DNA of 64,000 nucleotides from a virus (taxonomy: Duplodnaviria > Caudoviricetes): IMG/VR virus record IMGVR_UViG_3300049228_000061, positions 2,172 through 66,171 of that record. One strand, written 5' to 3'. The notes under the pieces were generated by a model. It was not told the origin of the DNA, did not search any database, and worked only from the letters and a program-made list of their open reading frames with translations. This document shows positions 1 through 7,327 of the stretch, piece after piece. The translations under genes were made by a program, and so were the position numbers. The stretch's first letter is position 1. Every line of letters begins with the position of its first letter.

Positions 1-2
1 CG

Positions 3-224
3 ATGACTGGAATTCAGCCGACTATATTGGCTTCCCGGTTGATTACGCCCTCGACTGGCTTGGTCGCCTTTGTGGGCGGCTCACCGCTGCAGACTTTCGG
101 TATCCTGACCCCACAACAAGGTACGCTTACGTTCAATGGCAATGCGCCATCGGTCAACATTACTGATCCAAATTCGGCGATCAGCGGTTTTGGCCCGGCG
201 CGCAAGCTACGTCTCTGGCTCTAA
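3..224 (+). CDS. 3' end of a fibre-like virion protein (probably truncated by the window edge)
   Basis: Contains TPSTGLVAFVGGSP and TPQQGTLTFNGNAP, the same repeat seen in 30067-30885 and 59048-61561. Confidence 0.6.
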   Translation: MTGIQPTILASRLITPSTGLVAFVGGSPLQTFGILTPQQGTLTFNGNAPSVNITDPNSAISGFGPARKLRLWL

Positions 225-235
225 TTGGAGGATTT

Positions 236-601
236 ATGGCTATCACCACGGCAAAGCAGGTCGAGAAATTCCGCAACCACACCGGCTATTTTGCCGCTGG
301 CAGTGCGGCAGGGGACATCCTCATCACGCTGAGCGCCGATGAATGCGACCAGTTCGATTCGTATGTTTTTCTATCAACCACCGGTGTGGTGACGGTAGAA
401 GTTGCGATGAATCGGGCCCAAACGCGATGGTCAAACCCAGTCGCCTTGCAAGATATGGCGGGCACTCTGATTGACCAGGCAGCCGTGACCACCAATCTGA
501 ACCTGTATGGACTGGTCGGTCGGTTCAGTGGATTGCGCGTGAAGGCCAGCGGCGCTGCAGCGGATTGCGACATCAACGCCTGGTCAAGCGGTAAAAACTG
601 A
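236..601 (+). CDS. hypothetical protein, probably virion-associated
   Basis: 121-aa ORF with RBS GGAGG upstream; co-oriented with the fibre genes. Confidence 0.7.
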   Translation: MAITTAKQVEKFRNHTGYFAAGSAAGDILITLSADECDQFDSYVFLSTTGVVTVEVAMNRAQTRWSNPVALQDMAGTLIDQAAVTTNLNLYGLVGRFSGLRVKASGAAADCDINAWSSGKN

Positions 602-735
602 TGGCTGCGTATCTGAGGCTGGGCAAAAAACAGCGCAAGCCACCACCGAAACCCCCAACCGATCCGCCTCCACCGCGCGTGGAAGTACGGATCGGTGGCG
701 GAGCTCCTCAGAAAGCGCCACCACCGAAACCTTGA
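601..735 (+). CDS. 44-aa Pro/Lys-rich peptide
   Basis: ATG overlaps the upstream TGA; translates MAAYLRLGKKQRKPPPKPPTDPPPPRVEVRIGGGAPQKAPPPKP; below the ORF-track cutoff. Confidence 0.5.
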   Translation: MAAYLRLGKKQRKPPPKPPTDPPPPRVEVRIGGGAPQKAPPPKP

Positions 736-764
736 ACGTCAAGTCTGAAACTGGTTAAGCTGAC

Positions 765-795
765 TTATACACAGCTTATCCACAGGTTATTCATG
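765..795 (+). promoter_or_regulatory. DnaA-box array 1
   Basis: TTATACACA (765-773) and TTATCCACA (776-784) both fit TTWTNCACA; degenerate TTATTCATG (787-795); 11-bp period. Confidence 0.7.
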
Positions 796-1002
796 CTTGC
801 GCCGGGGGTCGATGCTGATAAGTACCACGCCAGTCGGTGCCACAAGGTTCCCTATGCAGAGCCGTCCCAGGCTCAATCGACGCTCACTCACCTGCGTGCA
901 AAGCAGAAAAAACGCGGTCGGCGCAACAATAACAAAGCCGTTAGCGGCACTTACCGGTGTGATCGGTGTGGGTACTGGCATCTGACCAGCCATCCGTATT
1001 AA
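793..1002 (+). CDS. small phage zinc-binding protein
   Basis: C-x-K near the N-terminus and C-terminal YRCDRCGYWHLTS, a pattern common in small phage proteins. Confidence 0.65.
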   Translation: MLAPGVDADKYHASRCHKVPYAEPSQAQSTLTHLRAKQKKRGRRNNNKAVSGTYRCDRCGYWHLTSHPY

Positions 1003-1003
1003 T

Positions 1004-1078
1004 TGGTAGCAGGGGCGGGAATCGAACCCGCGACCTTTGCGTTATGAGCGCAACGAGCTGCCGCTGCTCTACCCTGCA
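1004..1078 (-). tRNA. tRNA-Met(CAU), initiator (fMet)-type, with encoded CCA
   Basis: Reverse complement TGCAGGG-TA-GAGC-AGCGGCA-GCTC-G-TTGCG-CTCATAA-CGCAA-AGGTC-GCGGG-TTCGATT-CCCGC-CCCTGCT-A-CCA folds as a cloverleaf; 1:72 mismatch, G2-C71, C3-G70 and A11-U24 are initiator hallmarks. Confidence 0.95.
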
Positions 1079-1085
1079 ATATCAA

Positions 1086-1397
1086 TTAACCACCAGAATC
1101 CGCAATCGCCTTATCCAGCTTCGCCTTGCGTTCGCGCAAATTGCGCGCCGGATTGAGCGTCATGGTCGCCAGCTCAGGCTTGGCGGGCTCAGGCTTGGTG
1201 TACAGCCCTTTGGGCTCGCGCTCAGCCAGCCGTGCCTTGAGCATGCGCTTGCGGGTCGCGTCGTCAGCTTCATAGCTGCGATCTGGGCCGTCGTCACGCA
1301 CAACCTCTCTGCGTATTTCTTTGCCGGTTTTGTCTACGGTGACGCGCTCCTCTTTAATGCGAACACCAAGCTTGGGTTTATTGGCCATTATCATCAC
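1086..1397 (-). CDS. hypothetical protein
   Basis: 103-aa charged ORF, coupled to its neighbour. Confidence 0.65.
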   Translation of the reverse strand: MMIMANKPKLGVRIKEERVTVDKTGKEIRREVVRDDGPDRSYEADDATRKRMLKARLAEREPKGLYTKPEPAKPELATMTLNPARNLRERKAKLDKAIADSGG

Positions 1398-1642
1398 TCC
1401 TGCGGTTTCGGGCGATTGTCATAGTTTGCCTTGCAGAACGCAACATAGTCATCCAGTGACTGCCGATACTTGAGCTTGAACGACTCAGCCCATGTGACCC
1501 TGATCTTGATCCCATCCTTGTCCATGTGCATCGCTGGGCATGGCTGGTTGCGTCTGGGCCATATGTAACGGGCGAACGAATATTTCATTTGTTCGGCAAT
1601 GGGCAGATGGCGGACGTGGGCGATGGGGTCGATGTCGGTCAT
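1394..1642 (-). CDS. hypothetical protein
   Basis: Probable start MTDIDP at 1642 overlapping the MTase stop (ATGA). Confidence 0.6.
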   Translation of the reverse strand: MTDIDPIAHVRHLPIAEQMKYSFARYIWPRRNQPCPAMHMDKDGIKIRVTWAESFKLKYRQSLDDYVAFCKANYDNRPKPQE

Positions 1643-2148
1643 GATCGCGGATCCAGAATGAAGCACGCAATATGCCGACCTGTGCCCTTGCCTTGTGACC
1701 CATCCTCGGTCGCCATCCAGCGGACATCTCCTAAGTTGCGCACCTGCGTGACGCCGCTTGCTTTGAGCATCATCAATACCCATTTATCGACTGGATACAC
1801 GATGACGGACAATCGGCCTTTCTCCATTTCGGCGATTGCTTTGCGCATCCACGCTGTCGGCCCCTTCTTCTTGCCCTGGTGGATGATGGATCCGAAGGGA
1901 GGGTTCACGTAGTTGCGCTCGCCCCATTCGCACGTCAGGCCGTCAAAACCTGGTGGTAGCGGATATGGGCATGGGTCGAACGTGAAGTCAAACTCAGCAT
2001 TTAACTGCGCATACAGGTCTGGCGGCGTGAGCCAGTAATGCTTGCCGTCGGATCCATTGCCGACATGGAATTTATTGTCACTTGGGGCAAGCATACTCTG
2101 ATGCTGAACCACGCCAGAATCGCCAACACTGTTTTCCCACTCACTCAT
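1639..2148 (-). CDS. phage Dam-family DNA N6-adenine methyltransferase
   Basis: WLTPPDLY..LNAEFDFTFDPC and NYVNPPFG catalytic motif; start set at MSEW (2148), coupled to the upstream stop. Confidence 0.85.
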   Translation of the reverse strand: MSEWENSVGDSGVVQHQSMLAPSDNKFHVGNGSDGKHYWLTPPDLYAQLNAEFDFTFDPCPYPLPPGFDGLTCEWGERNYVNPPFGSIIHQGKKKGPTAWMRKAIAEMEKGRLSVIVYPVDKWVLMMLKASGVTQVRNLGDVRWMATEDGSQGKGTGRHIACFILDPRS

Positions 2149-2374
2149 GGCCAATCCCCAGCCTACATTCTTCGCAGCAATGATCGACCGGCAGCCATGG
2201 TGAGCAGTGGTCAAACTCTGGTTCTGGTCGCGCAGGCCGCACTGGCGTGAACAACGCCCCATAGTTATCCATCTGCATAATGGCAATGATTGACTCGTAT
2301 CCAATCGGGCCACCGCACGGTCTCATGCCGGTTTCGACCAACCACGCTTGGCTGTTGCGTATCGGATGCATCAT
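2141..2374 (-). CDS. hypothetical protein
   Basis: 77-aa ORF in a coupled operon. Confidence 0.55.
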   Translation of the reverse strand: MMHPIRNSQAWLVETGMRPCGGPIGYESIIAIMQMDNYGALFTPVRPARPEPEFDHCSPWLPVDHCCEECRLGIGHE

Positions 2375-2616
2375 AGTCGGTACGGCGCTGGCGCTTGCCG
2401 CTCCACGGGTGTAGGTGGGTCAACGTCAGCCAGGTCGCACAACCACTTCAACTGGCTGTAGCTGAGATACATCTGCAGCCCATGTTCATTGGCTTTGCGC
2501 ATCATCTGAAAAGCGAATTCTTCTGCTTTCTCGCCCTTGGCCATCGACTGCGCATCACCGCAAAGTTGCAGGAATTCTGCTGTGTCTTTGAACCATGTGC
2601 TGGCTTGGGTGTTCAT
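2371..2616 (-). CDS. hypothetical protein
   Basis: 81-aa ORF, ATGA-coupled. Confidence 0.65.
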   Translation of the reverse strand: MNTQASTWFKDTAEFLQLCGDAQSMAKGEKAEEFAFQMMRKANEHGLQMYLSYSQLKWLCDLADVDPPTPVERQAPAPYRL

Positions 2617-2996
2617 GGTTTTGCCTCAAACATATCGATGGCCTTACCGCTCCGTCTCGTCTGATACGAATTCTGCCGGTGATGATCGGCGTCATAGGCG
2701 AGGTGGCAACGCTGACACCAGTACTTCAAGTTTCCGTCGGAGCAATTTTCTGGCTGGTGATCGAGATGCGCCACAGTACAAACGATGCGCGTTACCTTGT
2801 CGCCATCGAGCAGCGCCCAGTCATCTGCCTGCATCACGTTGTTTGTCCACGCATCAGTCGTATTGTTGCGGAATGCATAGTTCGGTACGTGGCATTGCTC
2901 GCAACGAAAATGTGCACGCGCTGCGATTCGTTGCCGAATCACCGGCCAGTCCTTTGGGTAGCGCGCCTTGTTTTCAGGCTTGATCGGCATTACCAA
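2613..2996 (-). CDS. HNH-family zinc-binding protein
   Basis: RYPKDW..IR.R...RCEQC then VCTVAHLDHQPENC..GNL..WCQRCH. Confidence 0.85.
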   Translation of the reverse strand: MVMPIKPENKARYPKDWPVIRQRIAARAHFRCEQCHVPNYAFRNNTTDAWTNNVMQADDWALLDGDKVTRIVCTVAHLDHQPENCSDGNLKYWCQRCHLAYDADHHRQNSYQTRRSGKAIDMFEAKP

Positions 2997-3187
2997 CCTC
3001 CATTTCCAGACGATTCTTCTCGTCCGTCGTAATTCCCTTGCGAATAGGCATCGCGTGCGTCGCGCTCGGCTTCGCGAAGTTCGTCGTTATGCCCCTTGAT
3101 CAGCTTGCGAATATACGCCGCCGCTTCCTTGCAAAGTTCGTTGTCGCTGGCGTCCAGTCGCGACAGTAGGGGTTTCTGCATGTTCAT
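2990..3187 (-). CDS. hypothetical protein
   Basis: 65-aa coupled ORF. Confidence 0.6.
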   Translation of the reverse strand: MNMQKPLLSRLDASDNELCKEAAAYIRKLIKGHNDELREAERDARDAYSQGNYDGREESSGNGGW

Positions 3188-3780
3188 GCCTCCTCCGGCG
3201 TCTTCAGGTAGTCATCCACGTTCTGCTTGATGACCTCAAAGTCGATGACCCAAACCCATTGGTTGTCGTCCCAGCTTCCTGGGCCGTTGATCTTATTCCA
3301 AAGGTGCTCATACCAGATCAATGGAGCTATTGTTCCTGGATACCCCTCATCGCACGCATCATCTTCGCTGATGTCATGCAGCCGCTCCATCTGCACGTCA
3401 ATGATGCGCAGCGTGATCCGCGATGCCCAGCGCGGCATGTGGATCGATGGAACGATGCGATACGCCTTTCCTTCCGGAAAACCACCATCAGCGCAATAAC
3501 CAAGCACATCAATCAGCGGCCTCGGCGGTGCAAAGTAATTCTCCCGGACATACACCAGATCGCCTCGCCTACCCCATGGGCACGGGCTACCTTGCGTCGT
3601 ATTCATTTGCACTTCGCCGTCATAGTTGGTTGGAAAATCCCAGGATGGAATGCCATCAACAACATCTACTGGCGCGCGCTCGAATTGAGGCTTCACGATC
3701 CGTCTGGTCTGCGTTTTCCTGCCATCCATTAGCGCCAGCACCATGCTTGATTGGAACAATAGGCCTGTTACTTTTTGCAT
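3184..3780 (-). CDS. ASCH/PUA-like phage protein
   Basis: LLF.SSMV.AL.DGRKTQTRR..KPQ, PSIHMPRWASRITL and N.WVWVIDF motifs. Confidence 0.8.
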   Translation of the reverse strand: MQKVTGLLFQSSMVLALMDGRKTQTRRIVKPQFERAPVDVVDGIPSWDFPTNYDGEVQMNTTQGSPCPWGRRGDLVYVRENYFAPPRPLIDVLGYCADGGFPEGKAYRIVPSIHMPRWASRITLRIIDVQMERLHDISEDDACDEGYPGTIAPLIWYEHLWNKINGPGSWDDNQWVWVIDFEVIKQNVDDYLKTPEEA

Positions 3781-3783
3781 TAG

Positions 3784-4083
3784 CTATACCTTCAATGGTT
3801 TTACCGGTGGAGTAATCACTCGCGCGTATCGCTCCTGCAGCTTGTCGATTTTGTCAGCTTCGTCGCGCAAAGATGCAGAGAGCTTTTTAAGCCTTTCGGG
3901 CGCCGTCACCACGTAGCAAAGCGCATCATAGGTGTCCACCACAGCAATCGTGGTATTTACGCAAAAACGGTTCTGCAAAGCGGTGTCGCTTTCATAAGTG
4001 GTGTTCCCAGTAATCCGTTTCAGCTCATTGAACGTCGCCTCCAAAAGCACACCTTCTGAGCCTGTCTTAGCAATAATGCGCAT
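3784..4083 (-). CDS. hypothetical protein
   Basis: 99-aa ORF. Confidence 0.6.
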   Translation of the reverse strand: MRIIAKTGSEGVLLEATFNELKRITGNTTYESDTALQNRFCVNTTIAVVDTYDALCYVVTAPERLKKLSASLRDEADKIDKLQERYARVITPPVKPLKV

Positions 4084-4099
4084 ACATCACCTCGGTTTG

Positions 4100-4438
4100 T
4101 TAAACGTGAATGCCCTGCTTTCGGGCGGAATTCCAAGAACGCCAAATTTCCAAAATCATCACTTTCGTATCTCGCTCAGCCTTCAATTTCTCAAACGCTT
4201 CAATCGCATCGTAGTGAGCATTCCATGCGGTCACCGCTCGTTCTGCTGACTCCGATACGGCCTTGCGAACCTGCGCGCTGCCATCCGCGCACATCACCTC
4301 CAGCGCCTCGACGCGCTTGGCCTTGTGTTTCGTTCGCTCAACATCGGCTTTAAGTTTGGCGTACTCGGCATCTGTGCTCACCAAGTACGCCAAGGCTTCT
4401 TCAATGCGGTCTTCGTGAAGGGTGTCGCGCAGCATCAT
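4100..4438 (-). CDS. hypothetical coiled-coil protein
   Basis: 112-aa helical ORF. Confidence 0.65.
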   Translation of the reverse strand: MMLRDTLHEDRIEEALAYLVSTDAEYAKLKADVERTKHKAKRVEALEVMCADGSAQVRKAVSESAERAVTAWNAHYDAIEAFEKLKAERDTKVMILEIWRSWNSARKQGIHV

Positions 4439-4977
4439 TAATCGTCGGTAAAGTGTTTCAGTTGTGGCACTACTGCATTGTCACGCAGCCTTGACGATGG
4501 CTCTCCACCGAGCCGGAGTTGCAATTCATGCAGTGTAATTTCCGGCAATGCTTCCCTAATTTCTTCCACATCAGCAAGGTCTTCATACGCCTCCTTGAAT
4601 CGTCGCTCGATGTGAGGAATAGCAGTTTCGATATTTGCCATACCCATGTTGTAATAGCCACCAACGGCAAGCGCCGCGCGATCTATGCGACCACCGGGTG
4701 TCGGGCCTCGCTTATGAGCACAATACGCAAATGCTTTTTCCCATGCTTCGCCTGATGTTGGTTCGCCGGCCCGCTTGAGTTGGTTGAAGTCGTAGGGGGT
4801 AGGCATGAACTGACAGCTTCCAACGAGATGTGCGGCAGCGGCCTTAAAGTCGGCAAGCTCCCACTTCTGCATGGACATCCACCACAGATCCAGCGCTTCT
4901 ACTGCCAGAGACTTTCCCTTCAAGGCAGACAGTCCATTCAGTACCTTTAGAAATTCCTCACGATCTTTGGGCTGCAT
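4438..4977 (-). CDS. putative helicase loader / replication accessory protein (DUF6475-like)
   Basis: Immediately downstream of the initiator; EFLKVL..L..L...WW.......F..A..........PTP..F and EAWEKA motifs. Confidence 0.55.
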   Translation of the reverse strand: MQPKDREEFLKVLNGLSALKGKSLAVEALDLWWMSMQKWELADFKAAAAHLVGSCQFMPTPYDFNQLKRAGEPTSGEAWEKAFAYCAHKRGPTPGGRIDRAALAVGGYYNMGMANIETAIPHIERRFKEAYEDLADVEEIREALPEITLHELQLRLGGEPSSRLRDNAVVPQLKHFTDD

Positions 4978-5833
4978 CAGCTTGCTCCTGTTGCGCCAAC
5001 CACTGCAGACTGGCATCTATGTTTTGATCGCGGATAACTTCCGCCTTACCAGCAGGTAAGGACCATGGCAGCAGGTAATGCTTGTCTGGCCCAAAAAATG
5101 TACCAGCTTGCTTGACGTATTCTGTGCCAACCTTCCCGGTTGCCTTGCAGTAGGCGTAATACCGGCGCGTTCCAGCAAGCATGTCGTCCCATGTCGAGCC
5201 ATCCTTGATCCGCGCATTACATGCCTTGGCAGCCCTTCCCCATCCTTGGTCGCCAGCCCGTTTTGGGTATTCGCGCTTCAATTCTTCAAACTCAATCGGA
5301 GGCGAAGCCGACAATAGATTCTTCTTCCGATCTGAGTCTGAGTCTGAGTCTGAGTCTGAGTCTGAGTCTGAGTCTGAGTGGGCTGACGGCGGCTGACCAT
5401 GGCTGACACTGCTGACATTTGGTAACTGGTCAATTACTGTCAATGACAAATCATTTGACGTTGATTTTGTTTTTGCTCGGTGCTCCGCCTGCTTAATCCG
5501 GTTGTACTCTCGCCGCTCCTCATCATTTCGCATTGACCGGTAGTACCCAAAATTCACAACCCGGTATAGATATTCCCCCTCTTTCACCAGCCTGCGGCCG
5601 TCCTCTGCCTTGCTTCTGCTCGCTGGATCGGGTGCCTGCAGGAATTCCAGCGCGGTTGATATTTTTTCCACTGATTCGCCAATAACGCTGGCAAGCATCT
5701 TTGGGTTCAGCTCTACGCAGCCATCTGGCTTTGTGTTGGCGATGGCGTATCCCCAAAGAGCAAATACCGCCGCGCCGCTACCGAACATTGATCCCGTGAA
5801 TGTCGATTCAAACAGCTTGCCGTACATCAGCAC
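4958..5833 (-). CDS. phage replication initiator (replisome organiser)
   Basis: N-terminal wHTH-like region, low-complexity linker carrying iteron-like repeats, C-terminal FEEL..EYPKR..YVKQAGTFFGP domain. Confidence 0.8.
   Translation of the reverse strand: MLMYGKLFESTFTGSMFGSGAAVFALWGYAIANTKPDGCVELNPKMLASVIGESVEKISTALEFLQAPDPASRSKAEDGRRLVKEGEYLYRVVNFGYYRSMRNDEERREYNRIKQAEHRAKTKSTSNDLSLTVIDQLPNVSSVSHGQPPSAHSDSDSDSDSDSDSDSDRKKNLLSASPPIEFEELKREYPKRAGDQGWGRAAKACNARIKDGSTWDDMLAGTRRYYAYCKATGKVGTEYVKQAGTFFGPDKHYLLPWSLPAGKAEVIRDQNIDASLQWLAQQEQADAAQRS
5331..5378 (+). repeat. (TCTGAG)8 perfect hexamer repeat encoding (SD)8 in the initiator
   Basis: Eight exact copies counted in the sequence. Confidence 0.98.
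5381..5470. other. putative iteron replication origin inside the initiator gene
   Basis: GCTGAC at 5382, 5392, 5402 and 5411; GTCAAT at 5429 and 5439; TTGAC at 5455; AT-rich flank. Same layout as lambda ori within O. Confidence 0.65.
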
Positions 5834-6059
5834 TCTCCCAGATGGATTTGCATTTGCGACACTGAATAGCTGATGGCATAAATCCAGCTGGTGGAATGGA
5901 GCCTGGTGGATCCATCACCAACCCGAGGCCGATCGTTGCGATGATTGATGCGCCAGCAAGCCCATTAGTTGGGCACTTGGCGGATGTTTTGCACCTCGGG
6001 CAGCACAACTCAATGTCGCCATCTGACTCGAATGCGGTTAATACCTTGAATGTTGCCAT
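5808..6059 (-). CDS. small zinc-finger protein
   Basis: CCPRC and QCRKC motifs; probable start MATF at 6059. Confidence 0.6.
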   Translation of the reverse strand: MATFKVLTAFESDGDIELCCPRCKTSAKCPTNGLAGASIIATIGLGLVMDPPGSIPPAGFMPSAIQCRKCKSIWESADVRQAV

Positions 6060-6066
6060 GTCAAAC

Positions 6067-6120
6067 CATGTCAATTACTTGTTGTGTTGACATGCTACAA
6101 GGTGGCCGTCCGCTCCGCAA
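6067..6120 (-). promoter_or_regulatory. leftward sigma70-like promoter with overlapping inverted-repeat operator
   Basis: Minus strand TTGCGG (6120-6115) N17 TAGCAT (6097-6092); perfect CATGTCAA-N12-TTGACATG (6067-6094). Confidence 0.5.
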
Positions 6121-6129
6121 TGGTATTTC

Positions 6130-6160
6130 TGTTCACAACCTGTGCAAAAGTTGTGGATAA
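6130..6160 (-). promoter_or_regulatory. DnaA-box array 2
   Basis: Minus strand TTATCCACA-ac-TTTTGCACA-gg-TTGTGAACA. Confidence 0.7.
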
Positions 6161-6250
6161 CTTTGATTTTGGTGTATGTTCCCTCCATCGCGCCGCCGTG
6201 ACCGCGTAATCACGACATTCGCAACTCCAGCGCACGGGGAAAATGACCGA

Positions 6251-7294
6251 ATGGCAACTGACAACACGACTGACGAAGTAGATCCCATTGAGGCACTGCT
6301 TGAGTCAGGCAAGTTTGATGATTCGACCGATGTGAGTGATTTGGCTGCTGCGCTGAGTGGCGCCGGGCCAACCCCAGGTACTGACGACGTTGATGCTGGT
6401 AAGGCTGCCGACAAGGTAGGCGATCCAGATCCTGCTCAGGACGCTGCGAAAGCAGTAGATGACGACAAGGACGACAGCGACGCCAAAGGCAAGCCGTTCG
6501 ACAAGAACGACCCGCTGTACGGCGCATTGTCGGGCACTCGAAAGGCTTTGAAAGAAGCCAACCGACGTGCCGAGGAAAAGGATTTGTTGCATGAGCAGGA
6601 AGCTGCCAAATTGCGACAGCAGAACGAGGAATTGTTGGCGAGGGTCAACGCGAAAGCCTCTGGTTCTACGGCAGCAGTTCAGCAGGCAGCAGACGCCGCA
6701 GGTATCACGGACGACCAGGGCAATGCAGTTGATGTGACAACCATCGACGTAGAGGCATTGCGAGAGGTGTATGACGGCCCAGTGGTGGATGCCATTGCCG
6801 CTTTACAGGCTCAAGTCCAGAAGTATGGGGCTGTTATCAAGGATCTGACTGCGAAAAACGCGAGTCGGGAGAGAACAGATGAAGAGGTCAGGGCAGATCA
6901 GGTGCAGCGTGACATTGATGCGGTTCCCGTCTTGGCCGAATGGCAGGCAGGCAACCCCAGGCTCTGGAGCGCAGCCATCGCAGTCGAACAAGAATTGCTG
7001 AATGACCCTGAATGGCAGGGCAAGTCACGGGTTGAGCGGTTTCAAGAGGTCGCGCGGACACTGGGCGGAAACGCCAAGCCCGCCGCAAAGCAGGATACGA
7101 CGAAGACAGCAGATGCCCTCAAGGCAGCCGCGAGTCGCGCCGTACCCACCAGTCTTTCAGAACTGCCCTCTGGAACTGCGCCCGGACAAAGCGAAACGGA
7201 AACTCTTGAAGAATTGGATGTGACTCAGCTGGCCGCAAAAATGGCTGGCATGACCAAATCCCAGCAAGATGCTTTCCTGGAGCGAATGGCCTAG
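6251..7294 (+). CDS. capsid scaffolding protein
   Basis: Acidic coiled-coil protein immediately upstream of the MCP; start MATDN at 6251. Confidence 0.75.
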   Translation: MATDNTTDEVDPIEALLESGKFDDSTDVSDLAAALSGAGPTPGTDDVDAGKAADKVGDPDPAQDAAKAVDDDKDDSDAKGKPFDKNDPLYGALSGTRKALKEANRRAEEKDLLHEQEAAKLRQQNEELLARVNAKASGSTAAVQQAADAAGITDDQGNAVDVTTIDVEALREVYDGPVVDAIAALQAQVQKYGAVIKDLTAKNASRERTDEEVRADQVQRDIDAVPVLAEWQAGNPRLWSAAIAVEQELLNDPEWQGKSRVERFQEVARTLGGNAKPAAKQDTTKTADALKAAASRAVPTSLSELPSGTAPGQSETETLEELDVTQLAAKMAGMTKSQQDAFLERMA

Positions 7295-7327
7295 CGGTGA
7301 CGGACGGCTTCACTTCATGGAGTCGCT

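Noticed and set aside
1004-1078. tRNA as an attP/attL integration scar
   Set aside because: No integrase and no duplicated tRNA 3' end appear in the window; the gene is complete and lies within a phage operon.
2613-2996. HNH protein as a mobile homing endonuclease
   Set aside because: It is short, lacks a separate DNA-binding domain, and no interrupted gene is nearby; it resembles ordinary small phage HNH proteins.
5221-5406. ORF with SLSLSLSL repeat
   Set aside because: It is an alternative reading of the (TCTGAG)8 tract on the strand opposite the initiator gene.
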